Positions 1-11,400 of a DNA stretch of 64,000 bases are shown here, piece after piece. Source of the DNA: Candidatus Olsenella pullistercoris (GTDB lineage: Bacteria; Actinomycetota; Coriobacteriia; Coriobacteriales; Atopobiaceae); assembly GCA_019116525.1 (NCBI GenBank), contig DXBM01000036.1, positions 8,386-72,385 of the forward strand. Direction: 5' to 3'. The notes beneath the pieces were generated by a model. That model did no database searches, was not told where the DNA came from, and saw nothing but the letters and a program-made list of their open reading frames with translations. Both the position numbers and the translations under genes were made by a program. The first letter of the stretch is position 1. Each line of letters starts with the position of its first letter.

Positions 1-1467
1 GAGCATGAGCTCAGCCTCAACTTGCGCGCCCTCAACCGTCGCGAAGGGGGTCTCACCCTCGAAGCGCTCGGCGGAGACGAACTCGTCGAAGCTGACGACG
101 TCAAGACTCATGCCGGACTCACCCATCTGATCCGCGCCGCAGGAAATGATGAGACGCCCCTGCGGGGAATACCTTGACGCATTCTCGTATTGAGCGAAGC
201 GGACGGAGGGGGCCTCGCCAACAGACAGGGGCCAGATGTTTTCGACGGGGATTTTAGTCTCGCGCAACTCGCTCATGGTTGCCAGGTCATACCCGAGCAC
301 ACCGTCCCCAAGAAGCTCCCCATGGTTCTCGCCGTCGACGAACGGGGGACCGTCCAGGCTCTCGTACCGCTCGAGAAGCGCTGGAAGCTCCTGGTTCCTG
401 ATGTGGGAAAGTCGGGCGCTCTTCCGCTGCGCCGCAGCCCTACTCTTGGAAAGCCCCAAGATCCCGCGATCGAACAGAATCTGCTTGGAAACGATGCCTC
501 GCCTGCGCCCTTGCGAGATGAGCCCCTCGTATTCCGGGAACCGCTCGCACAGGCTCGTCAAAGTGGATGGTCTCTCATCGACGGGGACGTCTGCGAGCCG
601 CTGCTCCATATCGCCAAGCGCGGCGAGCAACTCCGCAGTCTCGGACTCACGCCGCTCGACACGAGCACGGCGCGCCGCCTCGGCATCAGAACTCCGAGAG
701 GAACCCCTATCAACGAGCCCTCGGGCCTCGAGCTCTTTGCCCAGCGATCTTCCAAAGAACTTGCGAGCGCCGCTGTTGAGCGCTTCATAGTGTTCGGCGA
801 GGTCGGGATTCTCCTCGAAGAGGGTCTTGGTTGTCCGCGGCCTGGGCTTCCCCTCGTCCTCGTAGCGTCTCTGGAGTTCTGCGAGAACCGTCTCGAAGTC
901 GCAGGAGCGCGGCCTGCCCCCCTTCTCGCTCGGCATCTCGAAGCCGAACGACTCTATCATTTCACGGCGCGAGGAGTACCCAAGCTCCCTATAGAGCTTC
1001 CTCAGCCGCTCGCCCAATTTTTTGTGTTCCGCATCGAGCCGTGCAATCCTGCCATCAGGGTAATAGCTCTTCAAGTCCGCGACAGCCCGCTCGCGGCGCT
1101 CCTCCAAACTCAGTGGCCCCCTAGAAGCCCTGCTCATAATGAGGGGCGCTCGTTGGCCGGCCGGCTCCGTCGGCTGAGGATCGCGCTTTGCCGCCCCCTT
1201 ATCGATGAGCCCGCGGGCCACGAGCTCTTTACCGAGCGTCCTCCCAAAGAAGTCGCGAGCCTTGACGTTGAGGACGGCATAGTAGCCGCCAAGGTCGGGG
1301 TTATCCTCAAAGAGAAGCTTGGCCGTGCGCGGCTTAGGCCTAGAGCCATCCTCGTAGCGCCTCTGGAACTCTGCTAGCACCACCTCGGGATCGAAGGCAC
1401 TCGACCCGACCGAAGCGTGCTCGCGGGGGTCTTCCATGTTCAGCGGCTGATCACTCACGGCTATCAT
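1..1467 (-). CDS. Hypothetical protein (partial, >=489 aa, runs off window start) with two 66-aa internal repeats
   Basis: Not in the ORF track because it has no stop in the window. Open minus-strand frame MIAVSDQPLNMEDPREH...; its ATG overlaps the upstream TGA (ATGA, 1464-1467). Repeats at 1195-1392 and 703-900. Confidence 0.8.
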   Translation of the reverse strand, partial: MIAVSDQPLNMEDPREHASVGSSAFDPEVVLAEFQRRYEDGSRPKPRTAKLLFEDNPDLGGYYAVLNVKARDFFGRTLGKELVARGLIDKGAAKRDPQPTEPAGQRAPLIMSRASRGPLSLEERRERAVADLKSYYPDGRIARLDAEHKKLGERLRKLYRELGYSSRREMIESFGFEMPSEKGGRPRSCDFETVLAELQRRYEDEGKPRPRTTKTLFEENPDLAEHYEALNSGARKFFGRSLGKELEARGLVDRGSSRSSDAEAARRARVERRESETAELLAALGDMEQRLADVPVDERPSTLTSLCERFPEYEGLISQGRRRGIVSKQILFDRGILGLSKSRAAAQRKSARLSHIRNQELPALLERYESLDGPPFVDGENHGELLGDGVLGYDLATMSELRETKIPVENIWPLSVGEAPSVRFAQYENASRYSPQGRLIISCGADQMGESGMSLDVVSFDEFVSAERFEGETPFATVEGAQVEAELML

Positions 1468-2975
1468 CCCCTCTTGACCGAAGAGCGGCTATTGCGCTCG
1501 CTGCAGCGCCGAGCCAGCAGGGCGAGGGCGTCCTCCTCGATTCGCTCGTATGCCTCGTCGGCAAGCTCGATTCGTACAATGAAAATCGAGTGTCTCGCGT
1601 GCCCGGACCTGAGGGCGATGGGCATGACCTTGTCCACCCGCGCCGAGAGATGAGGCAGCAGGCACGCGATCGTGGCGGACGAGTTCACCATCTCCCCGAC
1701 CGAATCCGTCATCGACCAGAGCTGGCCGTTGCCCAGGCGCCCGTACTCCACGCCATCCGGGGTCGTTATCGCGAGCTCGACCGGAGCACGAGACCTCGAG
1801 TCGTGCCACGTGGACGTGATGACGACCTCGTCACCAGCGAGCGCGGAGGCGATGGCGTCCTGGTTCACCGCGTGGTTCACATCATCGAGCATCACATGGA
1901 TGGGGAGCAGCCGCACCATGTGCGCAAGGCATCGGCCGATCTGCGCGAGGTCGCCCTTGCTTGGGGAGATCCAGTCGATCCGCTTTGCCTCGATGGAGGA
2001 GGCCGACAGCCGTCCGCCCTTCGCCAATAGGTCTATGGAGCCATCCTTGGCTTCACCGGGATAGAGCTTCTCGTATTCCTCCTCGTAATTAATGTAATCA
2101 GGGAAGTTCTCCTCGTACCACCTTTCGAAGTTGCCTTCTTCGCCGTCCTGGCAGTGCTCGTAGTAGTCGTCCGCACAGTATGAGTGCTGGGCCGACTCGT
2201 ACTCGGGCCATCGGCACACGGCGACCGCATAGGCGAGCTCCGCGAGATCGTGGATGTCCTCTCGCCTGACCTGCACGCACTTCTCGACATCCTTCTGCAG
2301 GTCCCGAGCGTCGCGATCCTCGTCCACGCTCGGGGAGTCGATGTCCTTGAGCCCGCACCCGCCGTGATGGAGGCCGCTGAACGCTGATACCAGCGTGTAC
2401 GCGTCCCCCTCGTCTGCGTCTAGGAAGGCGACACCATAGTCGCCCGGCTCAAGGAGCGAGAAGAACGCGTCGATATCTCCCGAGTTCGGCTCCCACGCCG
2501 TCGAGTACGTCATCGAAAGAACGAACGTTCCCGCGTACTCATCGAACCGGGAATCCGCCGTGTCGCTCAGGGGGCGCGCGGTGGGTGCGGTCGAAACGTG
2601 AATCTCGCTGCTCGGGACCCCCAAGAGATTGCTGAGATAGTTCGCGATCCTATCGTCCCCGTCCGCGAGATACGCACGGCTGGACACGTTGACTCCCCAC
2701 GTAACGGCACCAGCGCCCTGATCCGCGTCTGGCCCGTCCGCATCGTGGGCAGGCGCCGCGGAGGCCCCGGACAGCGCGTAGTAGTACCAACCCTCGAGGC
2801 TCCCTCTGAGCTGGTTGTAGAACTCGGCCGAGGTCTCGCACCCCTCGAGGTCCTCCAAGGCGAGTCGCGTCTCGTCGGCATATGCCAGGAGGTTCCGGGC
2901 GCAGAGCCTCAGGACCTTGAGCATGTCCCGCTCGCTCGCCGCAACCACGAACAGGTTTGTGTGATAGTTCGCCAT
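1464..2975 (-). CDS. Acidic hypothetical protein with a possible C-terminal HIRAN-like domain
   Basis: ORF 1464..3011; likely start MANYHTN at 2975 with AGAGGAG upstream. C-terminus (ALAGDEVVITS...EYGRLG...ACLLPHLSARVDKVMP) resembles HIRAN-type modules by eye. Confidence 0.65.
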   Translation of the reverse strand: MANYHTNLFVVAASERDMLKVLRLCARNLLAYADETRLALEDLEGCETSAEFYNQLRGSLEGWYYYALSGASAAPAHDADGPDADQGAGAVTWGVNVSSRAYLADGDDRIANYLSNLLGVPSSEIHVSTAPTARPLSDTADSRFDEYAGTFVLSMTYSTAWEPNSGDIDAFFSLLEPGDYGVAFLDADEGDAYTLVSAFSGLHHGGCGLKDIDSPSVDEDRDARDLQKDVEKCVQVRREDIHDLAELAYAVAVCRWPEYESAQHSYCADDYYEHCQDGEEGNFERWYEENFPDYINYEEEYEKLYPGEAKDGSIDLLAKGGRLSASSIEAKRIDWISPSKGDLAQIGRCLAHMVRLLPIHVMLDDVNHAVNQDAIASALAGDEVVITSTWHDSRSRAPVELAITTPDGVEYGRLGNGQLWSMTDSVGEMVNSSATIACLLPHLSARVDKVMPIALRSGHARHSIFIVRIELADEAYERIEEDALALLARRCSERNSRSSVKRG

Positions 2976-3098
2976 GTGGTTCTTTGCTCCTCTTCTGCCG
3001 GTGGGACGCACGAGGCGCTACGAGACCATCATGGGCCGCAGGCGCAGGCTGGGACTGACGGCGTAGGATGGTCCAAGAAATCGTCCGCACCCCCCCCC

Positions 3099-3539
3099 CG
3101 CGTCTTCCTTCAGTACCTGCCCTTCCGCTATGTGACTTTCGCGTACGAGAAGAGCACGGTCGCCCACGACCCCGCCAACCCTCGCAGCATCGTCCAGCGC
3201 ATTAGGCGAGACCTCGCGCTTTTCCTGCTCGACCACCTCGAGTACCTGCAGCGGTTCGACAAGGTCAAGATCTACTACGACAACGGGCAGGCACTGGTCA
3301 CCAAGGCGCTCCACGATGCGGTTGAGTATGCTCTCTCAAAGGAAGCCACGATTTACCGCGACGCGTCCCCTCAGCGTTACCGTCTCTCCCAAGTTGCCGA
3401 TTACCTCTGCACGGTCGAGCTTGAGGCGATCAAGTACCGCCACTCCGAAGAAACTGCAACCGATCAGCTGTTCTTTGGCAGCAGGAGAGCCTTCGAGCGA
3501 AACATTCTCAAGCAGGCCCGAAGGCACCTGCTCAATTGA
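3099..3539 (+). pseudogene. N-terminally truncated DUF3800-like protein remnant
   Basis: KVKIYYDNGQ and YRLSQVADYLC motifs typical of DUF3800 C-terminal halves. No N-terminal (F/Y)xDES motif; the frame begins at a C10 tract (3090-3099). Confidence 0.55.
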
Positions 3540-3569
3540 GCGAGCATCGGCCACCCGATGTCATTAGCC

Positions 3570-6500
3570 TTATTTACCGGTCACCCCCTCGCCCAGCAGC
3601 TCGCCAACCCCTATAGAGTCGAAGACCCTCAGTGCCCCGCGACGCGACAGCGTGCTCTGCTCGGCCTGGTTGTAGTAGTTGGCGAGGCAACCGTAGCAGC
3701 ACGAGTCGATGGAGCACCCCTCGCAGTCCCGCACGCGCTGGTAGGCACTCGTGAGCAGCTCCCTCACGTTGCGGCTGAGCTGGTCGACCCGCCCGGCGCC
3801 GCCGGGCACATCATCGTAGAGCAGGATGGCGCGGCGAGCCCCGTCGAGCGAGAGATAGGTGGTCGCCCCGATCTCGGTCTCGGGAACCTCGAGGTAGAGG
3901 GCAGCCGCGGAATGGAGCGCCCACATCGCCGAGCGCCAGTCCTCGTCCGCGAGCTCAACGAGCGAGTTCGGACAAAACTCGAGCTCCAGGACGTCGCTGC
4001 GGAACACCGCTCCGAGCGCGGAGTAGCGCTTCGCCATCTTCCCCTGGCACCACCGCTCGTGCCTGAGCTCCTCGGTCGCGGGCGCCGCGGCACCACAATA
4101 CGAGCACACCTGGAAGCCCCCGCCCTGCGGTCCGCTGTTGGTCACGCAGAGACGCACGTTGGTCCCATAGGCGTACGTGATCTTGCCGGCAGGCAGGTCG
4201 AGGTCGTCCCTTCTCTTGATCTGGTCCGCCCAGTCCTGGCCGAAGTGCACCTCCAGGCTGCCGCGGGCCCTGGGGCGAGACTCGCCGACGCCCTTCGAGC
4301 CTTCCCGCTCCCCGACGAAGCCGAAGCGCGGGACGAGCATGACGCCGCTCGCCTTGAACGTCTCGTGGCACACGGGGCACTCAATCTCGCCGCTCTCGTC
4401 CTCGGGGCGCCAGGTGAAGGTCTTGCAGGTAGGGCAGACGCCGTAGTAGTGCAGCTCGTCAGGGCGTCCGCGCAGCCGGCGAATCCCAGTCGAGCGCCAC
4501 AGCCGCTTGCCCGCCACCACCTCGGAGCCCGGGGCGTACTCGCGAATCGCCTGGCGCATGCCGCGCGACAGGTCGAGCTGCTCGGTGGGACCGGCCGTCT
4601 CGAGCTCCTTGAGACGCAGGGAGACCACGTCCGTGGGGAAGCCATACTTGGGCAGCACGCCCGACTCGGCGAGCACGGGGATGGTCAGCTTGTCGAGCAC
4701 GGCCTGCATGGAGTTGGTGACACCCCTCACCTTTCCCGGGGTGTTCTCGAACAGGTACTGATCCATGCGCTGGCGGAGGTCCGCGTAGTCCTCATGGAGT
4801 AGCTGGTGGGCGAGGCGCAGCCTACCGCTCTCCCCCAGGAGCTCCCCCACCCAGGCCCACGAGTCGAACCCTATCGACTCGTCCTGCGCCACCTGGGACG
4901 GGATCGCACGCCGAAGCTCCTCGGCGAGGTCGGCCGGATGGGAGCGGAGGTAGTCCGAGAGGCGGTCGAGACCCTCGGGGCGCTCCTCGGTCACGTCGAG
5001 GAACGCGTTGAACGTCTTGGCCATCTTCTCGCCATCGTCGACGGAGCGGAAGAAGCTCGAGAGCGCGACGGCGAAGACGTGCCGCAACGCGATGGTCCGG
5101 TTGGTGAGATAGCAGGCCGGCACCCTCGTCTCGCCCTTGATGACGCTCAGGGGGTGGTTGAAGAACTGGACATCATGCGGCCTCAGACGGGCGAAGGTGA
5201 CCGCAAAGCCCGGCATGCCGGCGCGCCTGCCCGTACGGCCGGCGCGCTGGGCATAGTTGGCGGGCGAGGGCGGGACGTTGCGCATGAACACGCACCTGAG
5301 GTCACCTACGTCGACGCCCAGCTCGAAGGTCGTCGTGCAGCTGAGGACGTTCACCTTGCCCTGGAGGAACTCGCTCTGGATGAGGCGCGCCCGCTCGCTG
5401 GAGAGCTGCGCGGTGTGCTCCTCGATCCTCACGGGAAGCGGCGCCTGGCGGCAGACCTCCTTGTAGTAGCGGTCCGTCGTGGACTCGGTGAACGGGTCGA
5501 CCGGCTCCATGCGTCCGTCGCAGCCGCGCGTAACGCACACCCCGCCCGTGTCAAACTGACAGGTGATGCCGCAGCGGGCGCACCTGAAGACGCGCTCGCC
5601 CTCCTCGCTCGCCGCGAGGCTCCAGAGATCCTCCGAGAGCTCGAAGCCCCGGTCGGTTCGCTCGAGGCCTCCCTCCACGCCCTCGGCGATCTCGCGCGTG
5701 AGCCGGAACGCCGAGAGGAGCACGTCACGGATCTCGTCGGGGGAGGGCTCGGCGCCGTGCAGCTCGCGCGCGAGCCGCTCGACGAAGCGGAAGCGGTTGT
5801 TGCGCGCGCCGGGGGCGCCCACGTAGCGCTCCTGGTGCCTCGCGTCCACGTCATCGGAGTCGCCTGCCACCACCTCCCTGGGTCGGGCGTGCGTAGTCCT
5901 GTACGAATCGGCGCCCTCCGGCCACTGAAGCACGCCCCTGCGCCAGCGCAGGCTCTCCACACCGAAGCGCAGGACGGCGAGATAGTCCCGCTCGGTTATC
6001 CAGTCGCACCCCTCCGCGCACAGGTCCGCGACATCCTGTGCCACGGCGGCGCGCCCGTCCTCCCCCTCGAGGACGTCGAGGAGCGGGGCCGGCGTCACCT
6101 TGATGAGTCCCAGGCCCTCGAGGCTGTTTCGGAAGTCCTCCGCCATCAGCTCGTCGAGCACCCACGCCTGGGTCATGTTGGCGAGCTCGATGGTGGTCAC
6201 GGGCCGCCCGTCCGAGCGGCGCCTCATCCCCTTGTTGTGCCCCGCGAGCCAGTGGGCCACATCGCTCGGCGAGCAGGAGCCGTACTTCTCGGACAGCTCG
6301 CGAACGCCCTGATAGATCATCTGGCGCCTGAGGATCTGGTCATAGGTGCGCTCCATCGCCGGGGCGAAGAAGGCCGCGTCCTGTCGCCGGTCTGAGAAGC
6401 AGATGACGCTTCCCGCGCGACCCCAGGCGCTCCTGAGCGGCCTGCGGGAGAACCTCGAAGTCTTGGCCTCATCCGAGCGCTCGCTCACCTCGAAGGGCGG

Positions 6501-8456
6501 GACCTCGCGAACGAGGTCGTAGCAGACCACGCTGCCGGCCGCCTCGGGGGAGACGCGCATGGGCTGGATGGCGTAGCGGTTGGTGTAGCCGCAGTGCAGG
6601 CACTGGGCGGAGGTCTCGGTGCCCCTGGTCTTGTCCTCGCCGCGCGCTATGGCGACGCGCCGGCACGGCTCATGGTCGAAGCGGTGCGCCCCACCCTCGG
6701 GTTCGCTGTGGAGCGAGCCGCACGCCGGGCACAGCCACGCCACGTCCTCGCTCTCGTCCACGCCCCGCTCGTCCCTGATGAGGCGGTAGTAGAGCCTGGG
6801 CGGCGTGTCCTCGTTGACGTCGATGCCCGGGTAGCGGGGGTTGAGCCAGGCGACCCTCCCCCTGTCGGCGCTGTCCTGCTTGCCGAGGATGTAGGCCTGG
6901 CCGCAGTGGCGGCAGACGGAGACCTCGTAGACCGGGGCCGTCAGCCCGTCGGAGCCCTCGATGGGCTCCTCCGTGCGCTTCTCCACGGTAAGCCTGTTCG
7001 TGAGGAGGTTGATGTACAGCCCCTCGGGTGCGCGCAGGAACGAGTGGTAGCGGCTCGAGAGGATCGGGACGCCGGAGGATCGCCGCGCGGCCGAGAGCAC
7101 CTCCACCATGGCCGAGAGCGTCCGCATCCCGGCGGCATCGTCTCCAAGCCCCTCCATGCCCAGGGACACCAGGGCGCCCCGGTCGGTGAGGTCAAAGACG
7201 TCGTTGTCGAGGCGCTCCACGATCGTCCTGACGTTGCCCTCTCCGAGCAGGGCGGAGCCGAGCGCCGTCAGCGGGTCCTCCGCCGTCCGCACGGCGTCGA
7301 CGAGACTCGTCGGGGCGCCCTCGAGCGCCGCTGCCACGTCGGTGCGCGAGACCGCGTCGCGATGGGAAACCGCGTCCCTGAGCCGCGCCCACCGATCGAG
7401 CGAAAGCGTCCCCCACGACACCTCGTCAAGCTCGCTCGTGGGGCTGTCGCGGTCGCTGCGCACCACGGCGCACGCCTCATCGTCATGGTCAAAGGGCTCG
7501 CCGAACAGATCCTCGGCGAACTGCGCGACCTTGGGCATGTCGCGGTCGGTTCCGATCGTGGCGCTCGTGGCGTAGCAGTGCAGGGGCTGGCGCGGACCGG
7601 CCGAGCAGTCGATGCGCGCCTTGAGGCGCCTGATGAGGTAGGCGACCTCGGTCCCCAGGGAACCGGAGTAGACGTGGGCCTCGTCGATGGCGAGGTGGCG
7701 CCAGGAGCGACCGAAAACGTCGGAGAACAGGGGCGCATCCTCGGGGCGCAGCAGCAGGTACTCGAGCATCGAGTAGTTGGTGAGCAGGATGTTGGGAGGC
7801 GCCTCGCGCACCTCGTCGCGGGAGATGATCTCCTCGGCGGGCTTCTCGAGACCCGGGTTCTCGTCCTGCCAGGCCTTGAGGGCCTCTTTTCTGGATTGCT
7901 TGGTGTCTCCGGTGTAGCGGCCGAAGGTGACCCCGGTCCCCCTGAGCAGCGCCCTCAGGCGCTTGAGCTGGTCGTTGGCGAGCGCGTTCATGGGATAGAG
8001 GATGAGCGCGCGGACGCCGGGCGCCGGCCCCGTGCCCTCGAACTCGGACAGGATGTCGTTGAGGATGGGGAGCAGGAAGCACTCGGTCTTGCCGCTACCG
8101 GTACCGGTGACGACGGCGTAGTTCTTGCCGGCATGGGCGAGGCGCATAGCGCGCTCCTGGTGGGTGTACAGGGGGCGGTCTGGGTCAAAGACGCCCCGGT
8201 CCCCGCCACCGAGCCTGAGCATGCTCTCGCAGAAGACACCCTCGTCGATGAGCTGACGCGGTGTGGCGCCCTTCTTGTATGGGGCAGCAGACTCGAGGAA
8301 CGGGCCCTTGCTCAGGTATCCCGGTTTGGCCAACAGGTTCTCGAGCTGCTTCTGGAGGCCTCGGTCATCAAAGTGAATAGTCGCCTCGAGATACTCGCGA
8401 TAGGAGCTCTCGATGTCGCGCGCCGCGATGATGGGATCGAAGACCCTCTGTGTCAT
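3570..8456 (-). CDS. DEAD/DEAH-box helicase with C-terminal DUF1998 Zn domain (DruE-like)
   Basis: Motifs TGTGSGKTE, LYPMNALANDQ, DEAH, TSAT, FSDRRQDAA, CTTTFELGVDVG, QRAGRTGRR; C-terminal YDDVPGGAG...C..C...CCYGCL; several CxxC pairs. Confidence 0.9.
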   Translation of the reverse strand: MTQRVFDPIIAARDIESSYREYLEATIHFDDRGLQKQLENLLAKPGYLSKGPFLESAAPYKKGATPRQLIDEGVFCESMLRLGGGDRGVFDPDRPLYTHQERAMRLAHAGKNYAVVTGTGSGKTECFLLPILNDILSEFEGTGPAPGVRALILYPMNALANDQLKRLRALLRGTGVTFGRYTGDTKQSRKEALKAWQDENPGLEKPAEEIISRDEVREAPPNILLTNYSMLEYLLLRPEDAPLFSDVFGRSWRHLAIDEAHVYSGSLGTEVAYLIRRLKARIDCSAGPRQPLHCYATSATIGTDRDMPKVAQFAEDLFGEPFDHDDEACAVVRSDRDSPTSELDEVSWGTLSLDRWARLRDAVSHRDAVSRTDVAAALEGAPTSLVDAVRTAEDPLTALGSALLGEGNVRTIVERLDNDVFDLTDRGALVSLGMEGLGDDAAGMRTLSAMVEVLSAARRSSGVPILSSRYHSFLRAPEGLYINLLTNRLTVEKRTEEPIEGSDGLTAPVYEVSVCRHCGQAYILGKQDSADRGRVAWLNPRYPGIDVNEDTPPRLYYRLIRDERGVDESEDVAWLCPACGSLHSEPEGGAHRFDHEPCRRVAIARGEDKTRGTETSAQCLHCGYTNRYAIQPMRVSPEAAGSVVCYDLVREVPPFEVSERSDEAKTSRFSRRPLRSAWGRAGSVICFSDRRQDAAFFAPAMERTYDQILRRQMIYQGVRELSEKYGSCSPSDVAHWLAGHNKGMRRRSDGRPVTTIELANMTQAWVLDELMAEDFRNSLEGLGLIKVTPAPLLDVLEGEDGRAAVAQDVADLCAEGCDWITERDYLAVLRFGVESLRWRRGVLQWPEGADSYRTTHARPREVVAGDSDDVDARHQERYVGAPGARNNRFRFVERLARELHGAEPSPDEIRDVLLSAFRLTREIAEGVEGGLERTDRGFELSEDLWSLAASEEGERVFRCARCGITCQFDTGGVCVTRGCDGRMEPVDPFTESTTDRYYKEVCRQAPLPVRIEEHTAQLSSERARLIQSEFLQGKVNVLSCTTTFELGVDVGDLRCVFMRNVPPSPANYAQRAGRTGRRAGMPGFAVTFARLRPHDVQFFNHPLSVIKGETRVPACYLTNRTIALRHVFAVALSSFFRSVDDGEKMAKTFNAFLDVTEERPEGLDRLSDYLRSHPADLAEELRRAIPSQVAQDESIGFDSWAWVGELLGESGRLRLAHQLLHEDYADLRQRMDQYLFENTPGKVRGVTNSMQAVLDKLTIPVLAESGVLPKYGFPTDVVSLRLKELETAGPTEQLDLSRGMRQAIREYAPGSEVVAGKRLWRSTGIRRLRGRPDELHYYGVCPTCKTFTWRPEDESGEIECPVCHETFKASGVMLVPRFGFVGEREGSKGVGESRPRARGSLEVHFGQDWADQIKRRDDLDLPAGKITYAYGTNVRLCVTNSGPQGGGFQVCSYCGAAAPATEELRHERWCQGKMAKRYSALGAVFRSDVLELEFCPNSLVELADEDWRSAMWALHSAAALYLEVPETEIGATTYLSLDGARRAILLYDDVPGGAGRVDQLSRNVRELLTSAYQRVRDCEGCSIDSCCYGCLANYYNQAEQSTLSRRGALRVFDSIGVGELLGEGVTGK

Positions 8457-11400
8457 GCGTGGCTCCCTTCCCCTGTCTGCCTATCGTACAGGGCCCTGAG
8501 ATCGACCCGCTGCGCCCGCTCGAAGTCCGGACCCCACAGCCTCCGCCGAACCGCCAACAGAAGCCAGACCTGGTGACCCCGTCGCAACAGGGCCCCGATC
8601 TTCGTAGGCAGCCGCATCTCGCTCTGCCGCTCCCCGAGGGTGAGCTGGCCGTCGAGCAGGTCCTCTCCCCTGCGGTTGACGAGACGGCACGCGAACTCGC
8701 GGCCCGCCGGGCGCTCGAACCGCACGAGGACGTCGTCTCCGTCGCTCTCCAGACGGATTCCGCCGAGGCCGAAGCCCCTGAGGGCGACAAGCGGCACGAT
8801 GCGCGCCGTCATTCGCTGCACCTTGCCCGCCCTCCAGTCGAACCCATAGGTCACGGTGAGCTCGAGGGCCGTCTGCTCGTCATGCTCCGGTGCCGTCGAT
8901 GGGATGAAGGCATCTGCCTGGTCAAACAGGTCAAGTCGAAACTGTGCCGGGTGGTCGTCGGCATAGTAGTGGACGGGCCTCTGTCCAAAGAGCGCGAAGG
9001 CGCCCCGATGGGGGCGGGTCTTCTCGTAGACGATCTCGACGCGACCGTCGCAGCAGTCTCTTCTCACCACGTCCGCGAGGCTCAGGGGACGCTCCGACGC
9101 CGCCGTTCCCGTCGCGCCGAGGTCCACGACCACAGCCGCGAGAAAGAGCCGCACGCGCAGGGCGGGACCCTCTGCCACGAGCTCTGGGCGGGGGCAGGTC
9201 TCCGGCTCGTCCGAGTCCCCACGCTCGGCAAGAAGTCGCAGGGAGAGATCGGTCGATGCGTCCGAGAGGGGGGCGCTGAAGTCAAACGCGTTTCCGCCCG
9301 AGTTGTACACGGGCCTTCCGCCGCGCTCGAGCTCGACGGGAACCACCGTCTCCAGTCGATAGGTGGCCGACACGCGGCCGAGCATCGTCCCCAACGTGAG
9401 GAGCCCGAATGAGCGGACGGGAACGACGGAGAAGCGATACCGAAGCAGGGCCCTGTCGGTGGATCTCTGCTTGACCACGAGAAGGCCGTCGGCGACAAAC
9501 AGCGGGATCGACGACTTGGACAGCTGGAGCATGACGCTCGAGGGCGCCCCGTCGCCGTCGCCCGCGAAGGGGTAGCTGCGAGAGATGCTGACGCGCCGCC
9601 CGTCACAGAGGCAGCGCACCTCGAGATCGCGCGCGTTGACGCCGACGCCCATCGAGCGCACCGCCACCGTGGGCAGCGCGGTGTTGCCAAAACCGTCCCT
9701 CGTGAGATAGGGGAAGACGTCGGATCCACGCTCGTTGCGGCCGATCCGGAACGGCTTCTCAAACTCGACGACGAAGGACTCGCTCCACGACGAGACCTTC
9801 TCGCTGTGCCCGTCAAGGAGGTCGGCGGAGCCACCCGGGCTGACGTCGTATATCTCGAGGGCAAGGTCGCCGATACGCTCGCGGTTGACGAGCTCCATGC
9901 CACCCTGAGGGGACAAGGCAAAACCGGGTGCCATGAGGTAGGCGATTCTCGAGCGACGCTCGAGCGAGGTGAGGCGCTTCCTGAGGCGCCAGACGCCATC
10001 AGACCCCCTGAGAAACTCGAAGACGCTCGGTCGCGTATGCCGGAAGCTCGACGAGCGCGCGGCCACCTCGCGCTCCCGCACGTCAGGCGCGCCCTCGGAC
10101 GCGGGGCCCTCGGCCTCCTCGACGAGCTTCACCTCGATGTCGAAGTAGCTCGACGTCGAGACGCGGAGCTCGATTGACTCGATGAGCGCCGAGCTGACGT
10201 TGTCAACGACGCGCGATGAGCCCGCCAACTCATGGTTGATGTAATAGTCGACGCGGTCACCCGCGAGGGCGCGCGGCAGACGAACGTCGTTCCAGTGGAG
10301 GCAGAGGGGCTTCTCGACGTTCGAGAGGTCAAGACGGAGCTCGGGCTCGGGCAGGTAGACGACGGAGGCGCCCCCGCCGCGCGAGGGACGAGATCTCCGG
10401 TCATCGGGCGCGGTATGCTCCGCGAGAGCCTCGGCAAGGCCTCCGATGGCGGTCTCGGGGAGCTCCCCGCCCGAGAGCACCATCGTCTTGTCCCTGCGCA
10501 CCGGGGACACGAGTCCGCTCCCGTCATACTCGACAACCTGTCGGGCGGTGCCGAAGGCGGTCTCGAGTACCGGTGCGATCATGCGCGCGGGGACATGCCG
10601 GAGCATCTTCTGCAGTCGGGTCCCGCTGACCCTGAACCTGCTCTCATCGTCGCGCGAGAGGTGGAGCAGGCCCTCGCCGTTGGGGATCACGCCCTCCACG
10701 AGGCCATTTGCCCTCGTCGCGCGGGCGACGGGAATCAACAGGTCGCGCCAGAGGGGCTTCCACACCGACGCCGAGAGCCCGGAGTGAAGCAGCATCGTAT
10801 TGATGTAGTACTGGCTCTCGTCGTCTGAGGTGTAGACGGGAAAGCCGTGCTCTTGGATGCGCTCGAGGAGCAGGCCCTTGAGGACGCCTTGCAGGTTGGG
10901 GTTCGTGAGCCCGATCTTGCCGAAGAGCTCGGGCCAGAGCGACCTGCCCGTGTAGACCTCCTGGGTGAGGTGCGCGCAGACGACCAGGAGGGCGTCAGGG
11001 GCACACTGGGAGAGAACGTCCAGAGCGACTGCCTGGCCGTAGCCGTAGTCGGAGATCAGGGTCTTGACGTCTCGCTCGGCCTGTTCGAGACCGACTCCCA
11101 GAGACGGGAAGGCCTCCATGACGAGCGCTTCGCGGCTATGATCCTCGAGCAGCCGCAGAGCCGACACCGCCCTTCTCTCGAAGTCATAGAGCCGGGTCCC
11201 GAGCTCGTCTCTGGGCAGGACCTGATAGGTCGCGGAGCGCGAGCGATACGTTGACGCGACAGATGGCCCTCGCGACGGGACCCGGTGCGCGCCGGTCCGC
11301 GTCCCGGTGGGCTCGCCGGACGCGCTGGTCCACGCGGCGGGCATCGGGTGGGACTGGCTGACGCGGGCGCGTGGGGCGCCAAAGCGCCGAACGAACGATT

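Noticed and set aside
190-1377. 395-aa plus-strand ORF
   Set aside because: Antisense shadow of the coupled minus-strand repeat-protein gene (1-1467).
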